In this document: positions 25,801-39,944 of the stretch, in pieces
How the letters are laid out: each line of letters starts with the position of its first letter
How positions within the stretch are numbered: position 1 is the first letter of the stretch
Source: Octopus bimaculoides
Taxonomy: Eukaryota
DNA: 64,000 nucleotides
Assembly (NCBI RefSeq): GCF_001194135.2
Contig: NC_068982.1
Span: forward strand, 29,470,356 to 29,534,355
Direction of reading: 5' to 3'
Program-made: the position numbers and the translations under genes
The notes under the pieces: generated by a model
What the model saw: only the letters and a program-made list of their open reading frames with translations
Told to the model about the DNA's origin: nothing
The model's database searches: none

Positions 25801-26859
25801 AAGATCAGAATTGGGCCCCTTGACCAGTGAGGTTTTTGAGCAAGTGCCCAGTCTGACTATGCCTTTAAGCTGGCCCAAGTTATAGATCTATTAACACATC
25901 AAGAAAACTTTTTGGTCGTAGGTCTTCTCAATTAGGATAGACCATGGATTAAACAACAATAACAACAGAAACTGATTTGACATATGATGCAACAAAAAAG
26001 CATTGTAATATATGAATCAAGCACAGAAATAAATGGCCGTCATATAGTAAAGAGTAATTTCAACCTATTCCTGTAATAAAACACTTCCATAGAAACGACT
26101 ATTTTTATGAATGATTGGCAGGTTCTTTGTAATTCAGTTGTGAACTTGACATTAGAAAAGGAGCATTTTTGTGAGCAACAGTTAATATGATTAAGAACAA
26201 ATATCTTTCAAAAGCCAGCATGACTCCTTGTTCTTTAGTTTGATATGCTCTTATGATGTATCCTGCCTGTTGTCTGCCTCTTCCTTTTGTTTCTAATTTA
26301 GTTGTATGCATATGGAACAACAAGCCATCATTTTTATTTTTTGAGCCAGTTAAACTGAAACTTACTTTATTTTTTGTGGTGTTCAAGAGGCTGAGAATTT
26401 CTCTTCTGAATTAAGCATCAGTCCATTGCAGGGTCAACTCACCCTTCTCAATTATCTTTAGTACCCATTTTCAGATGAGTATGAATCAAGTACTGTGGAA
26501 TGAAATGTATTGTTCAATGATCAAGTCTAGGAATTGAGCCTATGACCCTATGTTTGTGAGCCTATCTTAAACACTTAACCACATTCTCATTACAGTTTCC
26601 AGATATTGCACATTTTTGGGAGTTTGTAATTTTTCCTGTATTCATATATGCAGACTGAAAACTGATATATATATATATCTAAAAACTGATAAGGATTTGC
26701 TGAAAACTTTTCATCATCAAATCACATGTTGCTTTCTTCAGTCCATTTGTATAAAGTCTGAAAAACCAGCTTCAAGTTCTGCTAACTATTTGGACTCTTA
26801 ACTGAATTTCTGATCCCATCATCATAGCTGTTCTAATAATGCCTTCTTATTTTGACACA

Positions 26860-27095
26860 AGGCCAGCAATTTTGAAGAATGGGGAAGTCAATTACATCGA
26901 CCTTAATGTAATGATGCTTATTTTATCAACCCTGAATGGATGCTTATTTTATCAACTGATGCTTATTTTATCAACCCTGAAAGGATGAAAGACAAAGCCA
27001 ACCTTGACAGAACTGGAACTCAAAATCTAAATATGGATGAAATGCCACTAAGCATTTTGTCCAGCATGTTAACAATTCTGCCTGCCCATCACCTT
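26860..27095 (-). mobile_element. SINE family C with a short internal tandem triplication (GATGCTTATTTTATCAAC)
   Basis: Homology to 16212-16429; the motif occurs three times at about 26914-26978. Confidence 0.7.
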
Positions 27096-27893
27096 CATAG
27101 CTGCTCTAATAATCAAAATGGCTGTTCTGCAATACAAATATATCTTAAGAGACTGCTATTGCAAAAAGTAATGGAACTTACATCAGATCATTGAATAATG
27201 ACAGCTGGTCTCATTATTTTCTATGCTAGTATCATCTGGTTTATGGTATATTATCCCATGATCACAATTGTAGAAGTCCTTAACAAAGTCTAAATATATC
27301 ACATTTATGTTTCTTTGAAAGAGTAGCTGCTTTAATATTTATTCATAAAACTGTAAAAGCTCTGTACGGTAGCATCTCTCTGGATGGAAACAATACTGAG
27401 TATAGATAAATAAGTCTTTCTCCTATATAACTTATAATCAGTTTCTCCATGATAATTCTTTCTATAACCTTGCTGTTGTGAAGTCTCAGAGACGTTGTCA
27501 TATGAATTTTAGAATGTACTCTAGTTTCTTATATGTCTTATTTTGCATTTCTGGGAAGCTTACTATTTCCAAGTAAGATTTTGTAAGGAAGATTTTCCAA
27601 AGAAGATTTTCCAAAGAAAAGTATTTAAAGTTGTTTGGTTAAATCTCTTCTTGCATGTTTTTAGGAGAACTGCCAAGCTTGGTCTTGATTTATTAGTGGC
27701 AGATATTACATTGTCTTCTCACTAAAATATAACAGATAGTTGTTACTCTCTTCTGTCAAGAGATGCAGCTGAAAAACTCACTTAACTCGGCTATTTACAT
27801 GTGTACATGGGATATAATGAAAACATTGTTAAATTATTTATTTTACTTGTTTTACAAGAGCAAGCAATAAGTAAGATATTTACTTCAAATAAT

Positions 27894-28041
27894 GGCGCTC
27901 TCTTGTAGTAGGTTGAAGATGTCTCTTTTCAAACTTACACCACATGGTTTTAGTTTCAGTCCCAAGTGTCTTCTACTATTCCCCTAAGGCAACCAATGCT
28001 TTGTGAGTGAATTAATTTTGAAACTTTGTGGAAACCCATTT

Positions 28042-28086
<45 letters not shown>

Positions 28087-28107
28087 ATAAATATATATAT
28101 TTATCTA

Positions 28108-28156
<49 letters not shown>

Positions 28157-28192
28157 TTATTTATCTACCTATCTATCTATCTATCTATCTGC

Positions 28193-28239
<47 letters not shown>

Positions 28240-28670
28240 ACTATCTATTTATTTATCTACCTATCTATCTATCTATCTATCTATCTACCTACCTACCTAC
28301 CTACCTACTTACCTACCTACCTACCTACCTACCTACCTATCTATCTCTCTCTTTGTCTGTCAGTCTGTCAATTATCAATCGATCTATCTATCTATCTATT
28401 TACCAATCTATCTACATGTGTGTGTGTATGTGTGTGTGTGTGTGTGTGTGTGCGTGAGTTTGTGTTTTATATGTGTATCTTTGTAATTGTCCCTCACAAC
28501 CACTTGATAACCAGTGTTAGTTTGTTTACAATTTGGTAAAAATGACCCACAGAATAAACACCAAACTTTAAAATAATCCCTGGAATAAATTTACTCAACT
28601 AACACCTTCAAGATGGTCCCCTGGCATGGCTACAACAAAATAAATTGAAACAAGAAAGATAAGATAAGAC
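27894..28670 (+). mobile_element. Old SINE family A copy with about 400-bp internal (CTAT)n/(CCTA)n/(TG)n array
   Basis: Degenerate head upstream and tail downstream of the array 28043-28452. Confidence 0.6.
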
Positions 28671-28742
28671 AAATCTTTAGAGCTGAAATTATTGTTTTCT
28701 GTATCTGTAATTTCCTTCCTTTTGTTCTTCTGTTATGGAAAC

Positions 28743-28930
28743 ATCATCATCATCATCATTTAACGTCAGCTTTCCATGCTAGCATGGGAGGGATGGTACC
28801 ACAAGAGTCGGCCAGGCCAAAGCCTGCACCAGACCTCTCTGACTGTTCTGGCAGGATTTCTACAGATGGATGCCCTTCCTAACACCAATCACTCAGCAGA
28901 GTGGACTTAGTGCTTTTCATATGGCACCAG
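28743..28930 (-). mobile_element. RTE-type 3' tail element (left arm of an inverted pair)
   Basis: (CAT)n TTAACGTCAGCTTTCCATGCTAGCATGGG...GGATGCCCTTCCTAAC. Confidence 0.75.
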
Positions 28931-28989
28931 CACAGGGAAGGTCAGTAGTGCTTTTTACATGGCACAAGCGAAAGTGAAATCGTGATGGC

Positions 28990-29347
28990 ACCTGTGTCCA
29001 GCGTCGCCTTTCTGGCACTTGTGCCGGTGGCATGCGTAAGGACATTCGAGCGAGATCGTTGCCAGTGCCGCTGGACTGGTTCCTATGCAGGTGGCACATA
29101 AAATACACCATTTTGAACATGGCCATTGCCAGTACCGCCTGACTGGCCTTCGTGCCAGTGGCAGGTAAAAGCACCCACTACACTCTTGGAGTGGTTGGCG
29201 TTAGGAAGGGCATCCAGCTGTAGAAACTCTGCCAAATCAGATTGGAGCCTGCTGTAGTCATCTGGTTTGCCAGTCTTCATTCAAATCGTCCAACCCATGC
29301 TAGCATGGAAAGCGGACGTTAAATGATGATGATGATGATGATGATGA
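28990..29347 (+). mobile_element. RTE-type 3' tail element (right arm of an inverted pair)
   Basis: ...GTTAGGAAGGGCATCCAGCTGTAG...GCGGACGTTAAATGATGATG. Confidence 0.8.
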
Positions 29348-29564
29348 AGCACAGGTGAGGTTAGTTTTGGCAAGGTTTTTACAGCTGGATACCCTTCTAA
29401 ATACCAACCACTTTATAGTTTATATTATTATATTTTTTAATTTCTGCCAATAATATTTTCACATTTTTTTAATTATTAGTTACTTTTTTTGTTTCTTTGA
29501 CACTGTTTTAGTCCCTTTATTGATTCAGGAACTTTGTTCTTCATCTCATGAATATTTGCCCGTC

Positions 29565-29955
29565 TATTCCTTTATTCTTCTACTTGTTTCAATCATTTGA
29601 CTGTGGCCATGCTGGGGAAACGTCTCAAAGAATTTTAGTCGAATGAATCGACCCCAATACTTATATTTTGTTAATCTAGGTACTTGTTCTATTGGACTCT
29701 TTTGCTGAACCACTAAGTTAGGGAGATGTAAACACACCAACACTGGTTGACACACACAAAAAAAAATATATATACATATATTTTATACATGATGGGCTTC
29801 TTTCAGTTTCTATCTACCAAATCCACTCACAAGGTTTTGGTCAGCCTGAAGCTATAGCAGAAAACATTTTCCCAATGTGCCACACAATGGGACTGAACTC
29901 AGAACCACGTGGTTGGGAAGCAAGTTTCGTACCACACAGCAACTCCTGTGCCTAT
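29565..29955 (-). mobile_element. SINE family A, full length
   Basis: Reverse complement of the 45768-46205 architecture. Confidence 0.8.
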
Positions 29956-30029
29956 CTATGGAACTAATATTTTTCTGAACTTTGATATACACTGTTTCAA
30001 CAGTTGAGTCTTTTCTTAAAATTAACTTT

Positions 30030-30720
30030 AGATATGGTTGGTTGTGTGGTTAACAAGCTCACTTTAGAATTATGTAGTTTTGGGTTCAGTCTTACAACCA
30101 TAACTCCAGGCCAACCATTGCTTTGAGTGAATCTGATAGACAGAAACTGTGTGGAAGCCTATCTTATATATATCATCATCATCATCATTGTCTTCATTTA
30201 GCATTTGCTTTCCATGCCGGCATGAGTTAGATGGTTTGGATGGAACTGGTAAGCCAGGGAGCTACACAGGTTCCAGTCTGATTTGGCATGGTTTTTACAG
30301 CTGGACGCCTTCCTAACACCAATGACTCCAAGAGTGTAATGGGTGCCTTTTATGTGCCACCGGCATGGGTGCCAATTACATGACACCAACATCGGCCACG
30401 ACTATGATTTCACTTGGCTCGATGAGTCTTCCCAAGCATGGCATATTCCCAAAGTTCTCAGTGATTTGTTATCACCTCCTAAGTATATGCGTGTTGCTTT
30501 TGTGTTTTGTGATTGTTTCCAACACTGCTTGACAGTCACTGTTGGTTTGTTTACATCTCTGTAACTTCGAGGTTCAGGAAAAAGAGAATGATGGAATAGG
30601 TATCAGACTTTAAAACAATATAAGTAGAGGGATCGATTTGTTCAATCAAACCATTCAAGATAGTGCTCCACCATGGCTGAAGTCCAATGAGTGAGACAAG
30701 TAAAAGATAAAAAGGGAAAA
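30030..30720 (+). mobile_element. SINE family A interrupted at its microsatellite by an antisense RTE-tail element (about 30174-30470)
   Basis: Head 30030-30170, (CAT)n-led RTE tail, then the SINE tail resumes at about 30485. Confidence 0.6.
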
Positions 30721-31623
30721 GAATGAGCTTTATAAAAATCTAGATTGAAATTTTTGAAGTGTTTTGTGCAAGATGCTGAGCAACAGGTTGTTTTGGAATA
30801 TATGTTGCCAATTCTAAATGTGAAAGCAAATAAAAAGTGAAAATCTGTTGGATACTTAATCCACATCTATTTCATGGATATCTCAGTCTAATTACCACTA
30901 TACCATAAACCCTCTGGCATATCTACTTTCACACACACACACACACATATATATATATCAATTTCACAGAATTGGGAACGACTAAAAAAAAAAACAATTA
31001 CTCCAACAACATTACTATCATACTTGCTTTCAAGAAAATGTTATGTAAAACATCATCGTCTTCAATTCTTTCTCTTCTTACCCCTCCCCCTCTCACTTTA
31101 TGTATGTCATTCTTACAACTGTATAGCAAAAGTATAAAGTAAAACACCACAGAAGCGTAGTGCTCAGACCATGCTATGAGGTGGTATCCAAAGGTTACTG
31201 GGCTAGGTATGTTTAATAACAAATAACTTACTTAAAAAACTCATATAATTTACACACTTTTTTCTGCAAAAACAGAAATAAACTTTAAGGAGCCTGTAAA
31301 TTACATGAGTAGATCATTTCCAGAATTTTTTAAGAAATTTTTTTGTTGAAAAATGACGTACAAATGTAAACATTTATACCGGAAGTTGACTCATTTAATG
31401 TCAGAATAGGTTTTCACAGAAAAAATATAATCTCTGCCCAAAGTATATATATGATAAAATTACAAATCAGGTATTTCAAGAAATGGTTAAGTCAATATTT
31501 TCAACTGTGAGTTTTTTTAAGAACCCTACTTTGTACTATTTGTGACATCAACCCAGATCTTCAAAACAACTTTTATATTCAATTCTAACACAGATGAGAT
31601 ATCATCTAAAAATTTTACTTTAA

Positions 31624-31836
31624 CCTTTTAGTATTTAAACCAGTCATATCTGGCCCAAATATTCTATCTGTTCTATGTTGAAACCAGCCAAATCCAGCCT
31701 CTCACACATATCCCATAAAGTCATTCTAAAAATAAACAATCACATCATCGAAATCTCAAAGCTATGAGATAATGCATTGAAAATAGTGTGAAGAAATAAC
31801 CATTATATTTGACGAAATAATCTGAATGTGAAAGGG
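31624..31836. mobile_element. piggyBac-like MITE
   Basis: TTAA on both sides (31620-31623, 31837-31840); termini CCTTT.../...AAAGGG; 213 bp, non-coding. Confidence 0.55.
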
Positions 31837-32485
31837 TTAAAGTATAGAACTTTGTATGCCATTTTCTATAGGATATTTACAATCTCAAAAACCGACTATG
31901 CAAAGTACAAGCTAAACTTTATACATTGCTCTTCTTGTGAAGGAGTATTTTCTGTTTTCAAAGCCAATATGTTGTCTATATTGCAGCCACTAGTTCTTCT
32001 TGAAGATCTGTTTTCAAAACGCCCACATGGAAAATTATGTAATTATGTAACAGACTCTAAAGCTATGAATAAGTTAATTTTGTACCAGAATATATATATT
32101 TAGCACTGCTTCAAAGTATTTGAGGGTTATAAATAATCTGTAGATAGAACATAAACTGGAAGATTGCAATTTTTTACTTTATATTGATTTTTTTCTTTAT
32201 TTTTATCTTTTTCATTTACTTATTTCATTCACAAGAATGCAGCCGTTCTAGGGTACCACTTTGCGGGCTTTTAGTCAAATGAATCGACACCAGTAAATAT
32301 GTATTTCAGTTTTGTAAAAGAGACCAATAGAATATATACCAGATACAAAATAAGTACTGGGGTTGATTTGTCCAACTAATCCTTCGAAACAGTGCTCCAG
32401 CATAGCCATAGTTCAATACCCGAAGCAAGTAAAAGAATAAAAGAACAGATTGCTGTGTACAAGCCTTACCTTATAATACAAGCTA

Positions 32486-32714
32486 TTGGGTTGTCCGGAA
32501 TGTTCATGCCGATTTATAGTAGCTTACCTTTCGACTTATTTGCCATGAAACCACCTCAATTATGGGAAGAGGGTATTTTCAAGTTAAAGGAAAGATGGTG
32601 ACGCATTGTGCAACAAAATGGTTCATATTTGGTTGATTGAAAATGTAACGGCAAGTATTTATTGACCTTTTTATTTTCCTTTAAAAATCGACACAAACTT
32701 TCCGGACAACTCAA
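32486..32714 (+). mobile_element. Internally deleted mariner (both TIRs plus transposase C-terminus)
   Basis: TIRs TTGGGTTGTCCGGAA.../...TTCCGGACAACTCAA; TA flanks; LFAMKPPQLWEEGIFKLKERW*RIVQQNGSYLVD*. Confidence 0.85.
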
Positions 32715-34923
32715 TATTTTAGGGATGTATGCTTCAATTCATTTCTTTAAAACCCTTCACTAATAAAGTGACGATGTGCTTCCAATCACTTGCGGATAGT
32801 TTTTTTGAGCTTTCACTTATCTTTCAATTCTTAACTATTGATTTTCTTTCTCTTGGCGCCATAACCCTCTGGAATTCCTTCTCTATCAACATTGTTTTTC
32901 AAATGGACTCTGACCTCCGAATGTTCTTGAGCTAAATATCATTTGTGTCAATAAGATTAATCCTTGAGAGCCTTCAATAAGCACAAGCATCCTTCCTTCT
33001 CCTTCTCCTTTTCCTTCGACTTACTTATTAATAAAATGGTATGTCATCATCATCGTTGTTGCTGTCATTGGCATCGTCACCACCAAAACCAGCAGCAGCA
33101 GCACCACTGCCACCGCTGCTGCCGCCGCCGCAGCTATCATCGTTATCTTCACCATCATCTTGATGTTGTTATTGTTGTCATCAACATCATCATCATTATG
33201 ATCATCTGCATTTATCAGCTGTGTTCCATGCTGGCATGGGTTTACAAGTTGTCATGGTCTGAGTCAGTTTTTACTGCCCTCCTAGACATAGACAGGCCCC
33301 ATGTTTCACTTGTACATGGAGTATGTTTTCGATGGCTTGATGCTCTTCCTAACATCAATCACTTTACATTGTACTTTGTGCAGTCGATCATGGCACCAAC
33401 ACTAGTGAGGTTTCCATGTAATCAGAAAGAAAAAGAGTCCTAATTCCTGAAGATTGCTTGTTCAGGACAACAAGACTTGTAGAGGGGGAAGAAAAGGGGA
33501 AAATTGCACAAAATTAACTAGGGTGACAGGGGGGGGGGGAGAAAAGAGATTAGTAAGGTAAAAAGATTGACCGGGGTGCTAGTGTGGATGGGAAGGGAAA
33601 ACTAGGAGAGGTAATTCTAGAGGAATAAGGAAGAGACAGTAATGACAGGTTGTAATTAGAGAGACACAGTAATGACAGAAGGTAAGGGGGGAGATACTAA
33701 TAGTAGTTACATGTTTGACTGATTGATAGAGAGAGAGGGGGAGAGAGAGAGAGGAGGAGGAGAACAAGTGACAGGTAGTGAGTGACCTAGAGGGGAGAGT
33801 GGTAGTTAGATATAGAAGAGTAATGCTTTCCATGAGTAATGGAAAATCAAGAGGATGACAGTATGAATAATGAATGTGAATAAGATTGCCCTGAGGGAGG
33901 CAGAGACAGAGAGATGGTCATGGTGGGTTGCATAGGATAGTAAAAATGGAGTTGTCTCAAATACCAATAGATACAATGCAATTCTTTATCACTCAGGTAT
34001 TATGATGGAAGTGAGGAATAAATAGCAACAACATGTTCTATACTAAACGAACATGAAATAAAATTGAAGGACAGTAGCTGGAAATCACGAAATTAAATTT
34101 GTATGATAAAGCTCAAATGATGTGTTCATGACAAAGCCATGGAAAACTGGTTCAAAATATCTAATGTGTAAGCCAATAGAATATAGACAAACATAAAATG
34201 AGAATAAAAAATTGCTATCACTAACTAAAATATTAACATAAATAACACCATGTAGTGGTATATCATTGCTGGTCTGGTAGTTTCTCTAAAGTTTAATAAT
34301 GCATTGAAAGTTTGATTTTGATTTAATACCAAGCAGAAGAGTATTAGATACACACATAAATTCAATATCAATTTTCCATATTCTCATAAAAAATTTAGTA
34401 TTATGTAATATAATAATTATTCTGTATATGTACAATACACATGCATTAATACACGGATGCACAAATGTATACATAAAAAGTATTCAAACACTCGCACATA
34501 CAAATTCATGCATACATAAATATATATATGCACACACACACACACAAACGTACACACACACACGTACACACACACACGTACACACACACACACATATGTA
34601 TATATTTATGTATATACATTCATACATATATATATGTATATATACAAAATATTTATATACATGTATTTTTTGCATATACACATATAGGTGTGTATGTATG
34701 TACATACATACATATACATATATATCTATGTATACATGTACATCATGTTTGCAGTCAAATGACTGAAACAAGTAAAAGATTAAAAGAATATACGTATATG
34801 AACATAATATGTAGGTATGTATGCATATACATATATACATATATATATATATGTATATATATATATGTATATATANNNNNNNNNNNNNNNNNNNNNNNNN
34901 NNNNNNNNNNNNNNNNNNNNNNN

Positions 34924-34962
<39 letters not shown>

Positions 34963-35686
34963 TTATATATACATATATACAAATATATATGTATGTATAT
35001 ACATATGTATATACATACATATGTGTGTGTGTCTGTGTATGTACATCAACACACTATATGTTATCACATCACATGGTGCAAACAGGTGAGCAGAACAAAA
35101 TGTAGCTAAATGAGAGTAAATTCAAATTGTTCCAGATTTGTTAAAAGACAAAAAAAAAAANNNNNNNNNNAAAAAAAAAAAAAACGCAAAAAAAAAACGA
35201 AAGAAAAAACCACAGACGACTATTCACTAAATTACCATTGTATCATATAACTTGATAGTGGCATGATTGTTATCATGAATGAAAATCTAAAACTAAACAT
35301 GAGACCTGAGGAACCATGATGCTGATGGTTGATATAAATGATGGATGTCAATAAAAGATTGATCTGAGAAAGAGGACAAATGACACAAGGTTGACAAATG
35401 GGAAAATGCATAAATATATTTGAAATATTGGTCTGAAATGTTGGCACTAGGCCAGTAATTTCAAGGGAGGGGATAAATTGATGACATCAACCCCATTGAT
35501 CAACAGGTACTTATTTTATCAATCTTTAACCAATTCTAAAGAAGCTTGCTTCCCATCCACATGGTCTTGAGTTCATTCTCATTGCATGGCATGTTGAGCA
35601 AGTGTCTTTTACAATAGTTCTGGGCCAGCCAAAGTCTTGTGAATGGATTAAGCAGACAGACATCTGTATACATATGTATACATATT

Positions 35687-36558
35687 TACTAGGGAGTACC
35701 ATAAAAAGAAACCAGAATTTTGCAATATTTATATGTTTACACTTTTATCGTCTTTGAAGTATTCTCCATTTGAAGCAATGCATCGGTCCAGATGTATTTT
35801 CCGCTGTTGGAAGCAGTGCTGGAACTCTTGCAAAGTGATGCTTTTAATGCCTCTGTCGCTTTTTACTTCACTTCTTACTCATCTGCAATTTCCATAGCAC
35901 CAGCTTTTGTCACCAGTGATGACCTTTGAAAAACAGTCTGGATCAACTTCCAACTGTTCTTCCAGTTCACAAGACTCATTCAGTCGTGACTGCTTTTGAA
36001 CTTCTGTGAGTAAGTGAGACACAAATTTTGCTGCAACTCTTTTCATTCACAATACCTTACTCAAAGTTCATTGGTAGGGGCTCCAGGACACACCAATCAT
36101 ATCAACAAGTTCATTGATTGTTTGGTGATGGTCCTCCAAGATTAGTTCATGAATTTTCATGATGTTTCTTTTTGTTTAGGATGTCGATGGTCATCCTGAA
36201 CAAGTGACAAGTGACCATTGCTAAAGCGTGGAAACCACTTGTAAACTTGTGTTTTTCTCATGGCAGTATCCTTGTAAGTTGTTTGAAGCATGACAACTGT
36301 TTCAGCTGCCATTTTCCCCAGCAGAAAACAGAATTTCATGGAAGCACGTTGTTCCTTAGATTCAGCCATCACAAAAATCGATGAACAGGGGAGAAGCACT
36401 GCAAAGCAAAGCTGCACCACATGGCAGCACTACTCCATAAGATGACGCCGGTTAGTAGATTGATGCCTGAGGGTTGCATCAAGTCATTTCTAGCTGCAGA
36501 AGCCTGAACTACAACAGGCTTGCCCCACATTTCCAGATACTTTTGGGTACCCCCTCAT
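35687..36558 (-). mobile_element. Internally deleted mariner transposon
   Basis: N-terminus EQRASMKFCFLLGKMAAETVVMLQTTYKDTAMRKTQVYKWF; C-terminus QEFQHCFQQRKIHLDRCIASNGEYF; imperfect TIRs TA(C/T)..GGG.GTACC; TA ends. Confidence 0.85.
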
Positions 36559-37049
36559 ACATGTACGCATATATATAATGGTATCACAGTATCGACCAGA
36601 CTGTCAGATGTTGTTATACATCACTGGTCACAATGCACTGCACATAGTTTTAGCTTTCAAATGCTGTCATCTCACTGGCTGGGCAAGCCAGTTAACATTC
36701 CTCTTGATTGGAAGGCTTGTTTGTCTCAGGGTTGCCCATTTGCAGCCGAGCAGACCGGAGCAATGTGGAATGAAATATCTTGGTCAAGAACCATATGTGC
36801 AGCCAGTATGAGAATTGAAACTACAATCTCATGATCATGAGTGTAACATCCCTAACCATTAGACCACATGTATGTGTGTATGTATGTGTGTGTGTGTGTG
36901 TAGTGGTGGTGGGGGTTTTGTGTGTGTGTGTGTGTGTGTGTATGTGTGCGTGTGTTTCTCCCCATCAGCACTTGACAACTGGTGTTGGTTTCTTTATGCC
37001 CCCATATTTTAATGGTTCTGCAAAAGAGACTGATAGAGTAAGTACATCT

Positions 37050-37384
37050 GAGACCCCCTTCGGTCATGACTGACCATACGATTGCACCTAGAAAGTTACC
37101 ATCCCAGGCACAAATCTGGGCAAGGTTGTTTATGGGAGACCAGCAGTCGCCCATGCATACCGGCCTCCCCTCTCCACGCCACCAGTGTTAACCAAAGGAA
37201 AGGCAAAGGCCGATACAGCTTGGCACCTGTGACACCGCAACTCATTTCTACAGCTGAGTGAACTGGAGCAACGTGAAATAAAGTGTCTTGCTCAAGAACA
37301 CAACATGCAGCCTGGTCTGGGATTCAAACTCACAACCTCATGACTGTAAACTCGATGCTCTAACCACTGAGCCATGCACCTTCA
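37050..37384 (-). mobile_element. tRNA-derived SINE family B, nested in a family A tail
   Basis: Homologous to 55617-55955; TSD AGA(G/A)TAAGTACAT at 37035-37047 and 37386-37398; the host tail resumes after it. Confidence 0.85.
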
Positions 37385-37768
37385 CAGAATAAGTACATGG
37401 CTTTAAAATAAGTACTGGGTTTAATTCATTTGGCTAAAGCTGTTGAAGGTAGTGCTGCAGCATATATGCCTCTGTTTTTGTATCTGTGTTAGTCATCCTC
37501 AGTGACCCTACTGGACAATTGCTATTGTTTCCAACCTTGTAACTGTGGTGTTAAAAAAAGCATGACTACTAGAGCCAATGTGGTGCCCCAGCATGGCTGA
37601 AACAAGTTAACAATTAAGGACAAACAGCACAGAAAGTAAAATAAATTTTGAACTAGTTAGGCTACAGATTTTTTGAAAGCTTTTAGCCTAAGTCTAATCA
37701 TTATAGCAAACTTCTCATTAATGTTTAATAGAAATAGCTCTTAGTAATAAATTCTCTTGGATTACTTC

Positions 37769-37810
37769 TCCATCTGATGAGTGGTGAACCAACTGCAAAA
37801 TATGTCAGGA
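37769..37810 (+). ncRNA. Decayed minimal type I hammerhead-like motif
   Basis: CTGATGA 37774-37780; stem II GTGGT/ACTGC; AAAA in place of GAAA; (A)TATGT-C near-palindromic stem III with GTC triplet; stem I TCC(A)T/AGGA. Confidence 0.45.
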
Positions 37811-38159
37811 CAGTCTACCTTTATTTGTCTGAACGCAAATAAGATTTATTTATATCTGTTTAAAGTTCCACAACAAAAGGTTTAAATACTGTAGTTTAAC
37901 TCTAAAATTTCTATACAGAAATATAGATATTTTCACACAAAAATATGTGCATTCATATGTCTGGAACTACATCAAAGGCATGTTTATTATCCTAATGTCT
38001 GTATATATTATATTATATGTATACTTATACATATATATATATGTACATATATGTATGTATACATGTACATGCATTTATATATATATATATATATACATAC
38101 ACACACACATATATATACATATGTATATATATAGGTATATGTATAAGTTCATATATATT

Positions 38160-38220
<61 letters not shown>

Positions 38221-39944
38221 GCACACACACCTCTTGCTTATATTAAAATATCTACAAAAATACACAAAAAAATACAGTAGTGTTTATTCATGTGAGTAAC
38301 CTTTAAGACAAATGATTAGACTAAGATTTAACAGTTGATTTAGCTTCAACAGACTCTAGAAGGAGATGTGGTTGCACATAGCCACGATTGGTTGAATCTT
38401 TCATCAGATCATTTGGTAAAATGTGATCTGGCAATACAATTTTTGTTTCCTCTCTTAGCTGATTAAAAGTAATGTTACTGCACTGAAAAACTCTAATAAG
38501 CAAAATCTCAATGCCGTTAGCAATTTGGCTCAGAAACATGTTATCGATAGCATACACAAGTACAAACATTTCTGATCGATACTGTAGAAGTATAGTGTAG
38601 TAAATTTATTAAAACAGAATCTCTGGTAGAGATAAGGATGGTTCTTTGAGATATTTGTGCTTATTTATTTCATTTTTTTTAATGTGTCTCTCAGATGTGT
38701 ATGCATCTAGAGTAGAAAGAGAACAACATAGTTAGATACATATATGTATGTATTTATGCTAATTCTTGTACACACTCATCTCAGTTTTGAAATATATGAA
38801 TATGGACATGAATATATCTATGTGAACATCGGTGGGAGTTGAGTTAAGTGCATATAATACACTAAAATTAAAACAAAAATCTTGGCATACACAAAGGAAA
38901 AGGTTTTGAAAAAAAAGTTTCATAATTTCTATAAAAAGATCTGAATATGCAATTATAGTAACTAAAGGTGAGTAAAATATAGATTTCTTTGATTCTGTTC
39001 TGCTTTTGATTAGTAAGTGGTAAGGACAAAGGAATAATATATGAAATAGCATATATGGGAAGTGTTATTAGAAGCATTGTAAAAGAAATGAACACACTGA
39101 GTCGTTGAAAATAAAATCAGTTTTGTTCATTCATTATAAAAATGCTAGGAAGATATATGATGGTAGATTGCTGGTAAATTGCATGAATTTAAATATGTGA
39201 AAAGAATATAATGTTTTAACTTAGTATTTCAGAAAAATTTCATTGGAGAGTGCTTAAAAGACAAGTATGAAGGAATAATGACTAGGTGCTATATTTCAAA
39301 GAGTAATATCATTATCATTTTTATTTCTATTTATCCATGATAGAATGGATTCCTCAAAACCATATATTTCATCTATATCTATATATTTCCTGTTTCTTAT
39401 TTATTTTTAGCTTTATTGCTCATTCTAATGTGGTTGTGAAAGAATTAAAACACAATTAAATTGTTAGCACTCAACAATGACTAAAACTGGGCATTGTGTG
39501 CTAATGAAACATCGATATTACAATGGTGTTATTGCTTGTATCAATGATCAGTTCCACCCTATTGCAGCAATGTGAACTGTTATTGAAATTTAAGTGTCTT
39601 GCCCTTGCACAATGTACAAGGTTGCTAACAGGATACAGCTTGTTGACTCTCATCTGATTCCATGGTGCCTTATTGATCAATTAAACGGGGTCCTTGTTTC
39701 TGCTATCCAGGCTTATCTTTGTGGAATGTTTACGACTTCATTGCGAGCCAAATTTGCCTTACTTTTAACTCATTCATGTCTTCTATTTGTATTTATATCT
39801 AGGAACAGATATAGGTAAGTACTGGTATGGCTATGTAGTTAAGAGTTTTGCTTTGCAATCAAGTAGTTTTGGGTTCAATGCCATCACATGACATTTTGGA
39901 TAAGTATCACATCCTATAATCTCAGGTTAACAAATGTCTTTACT

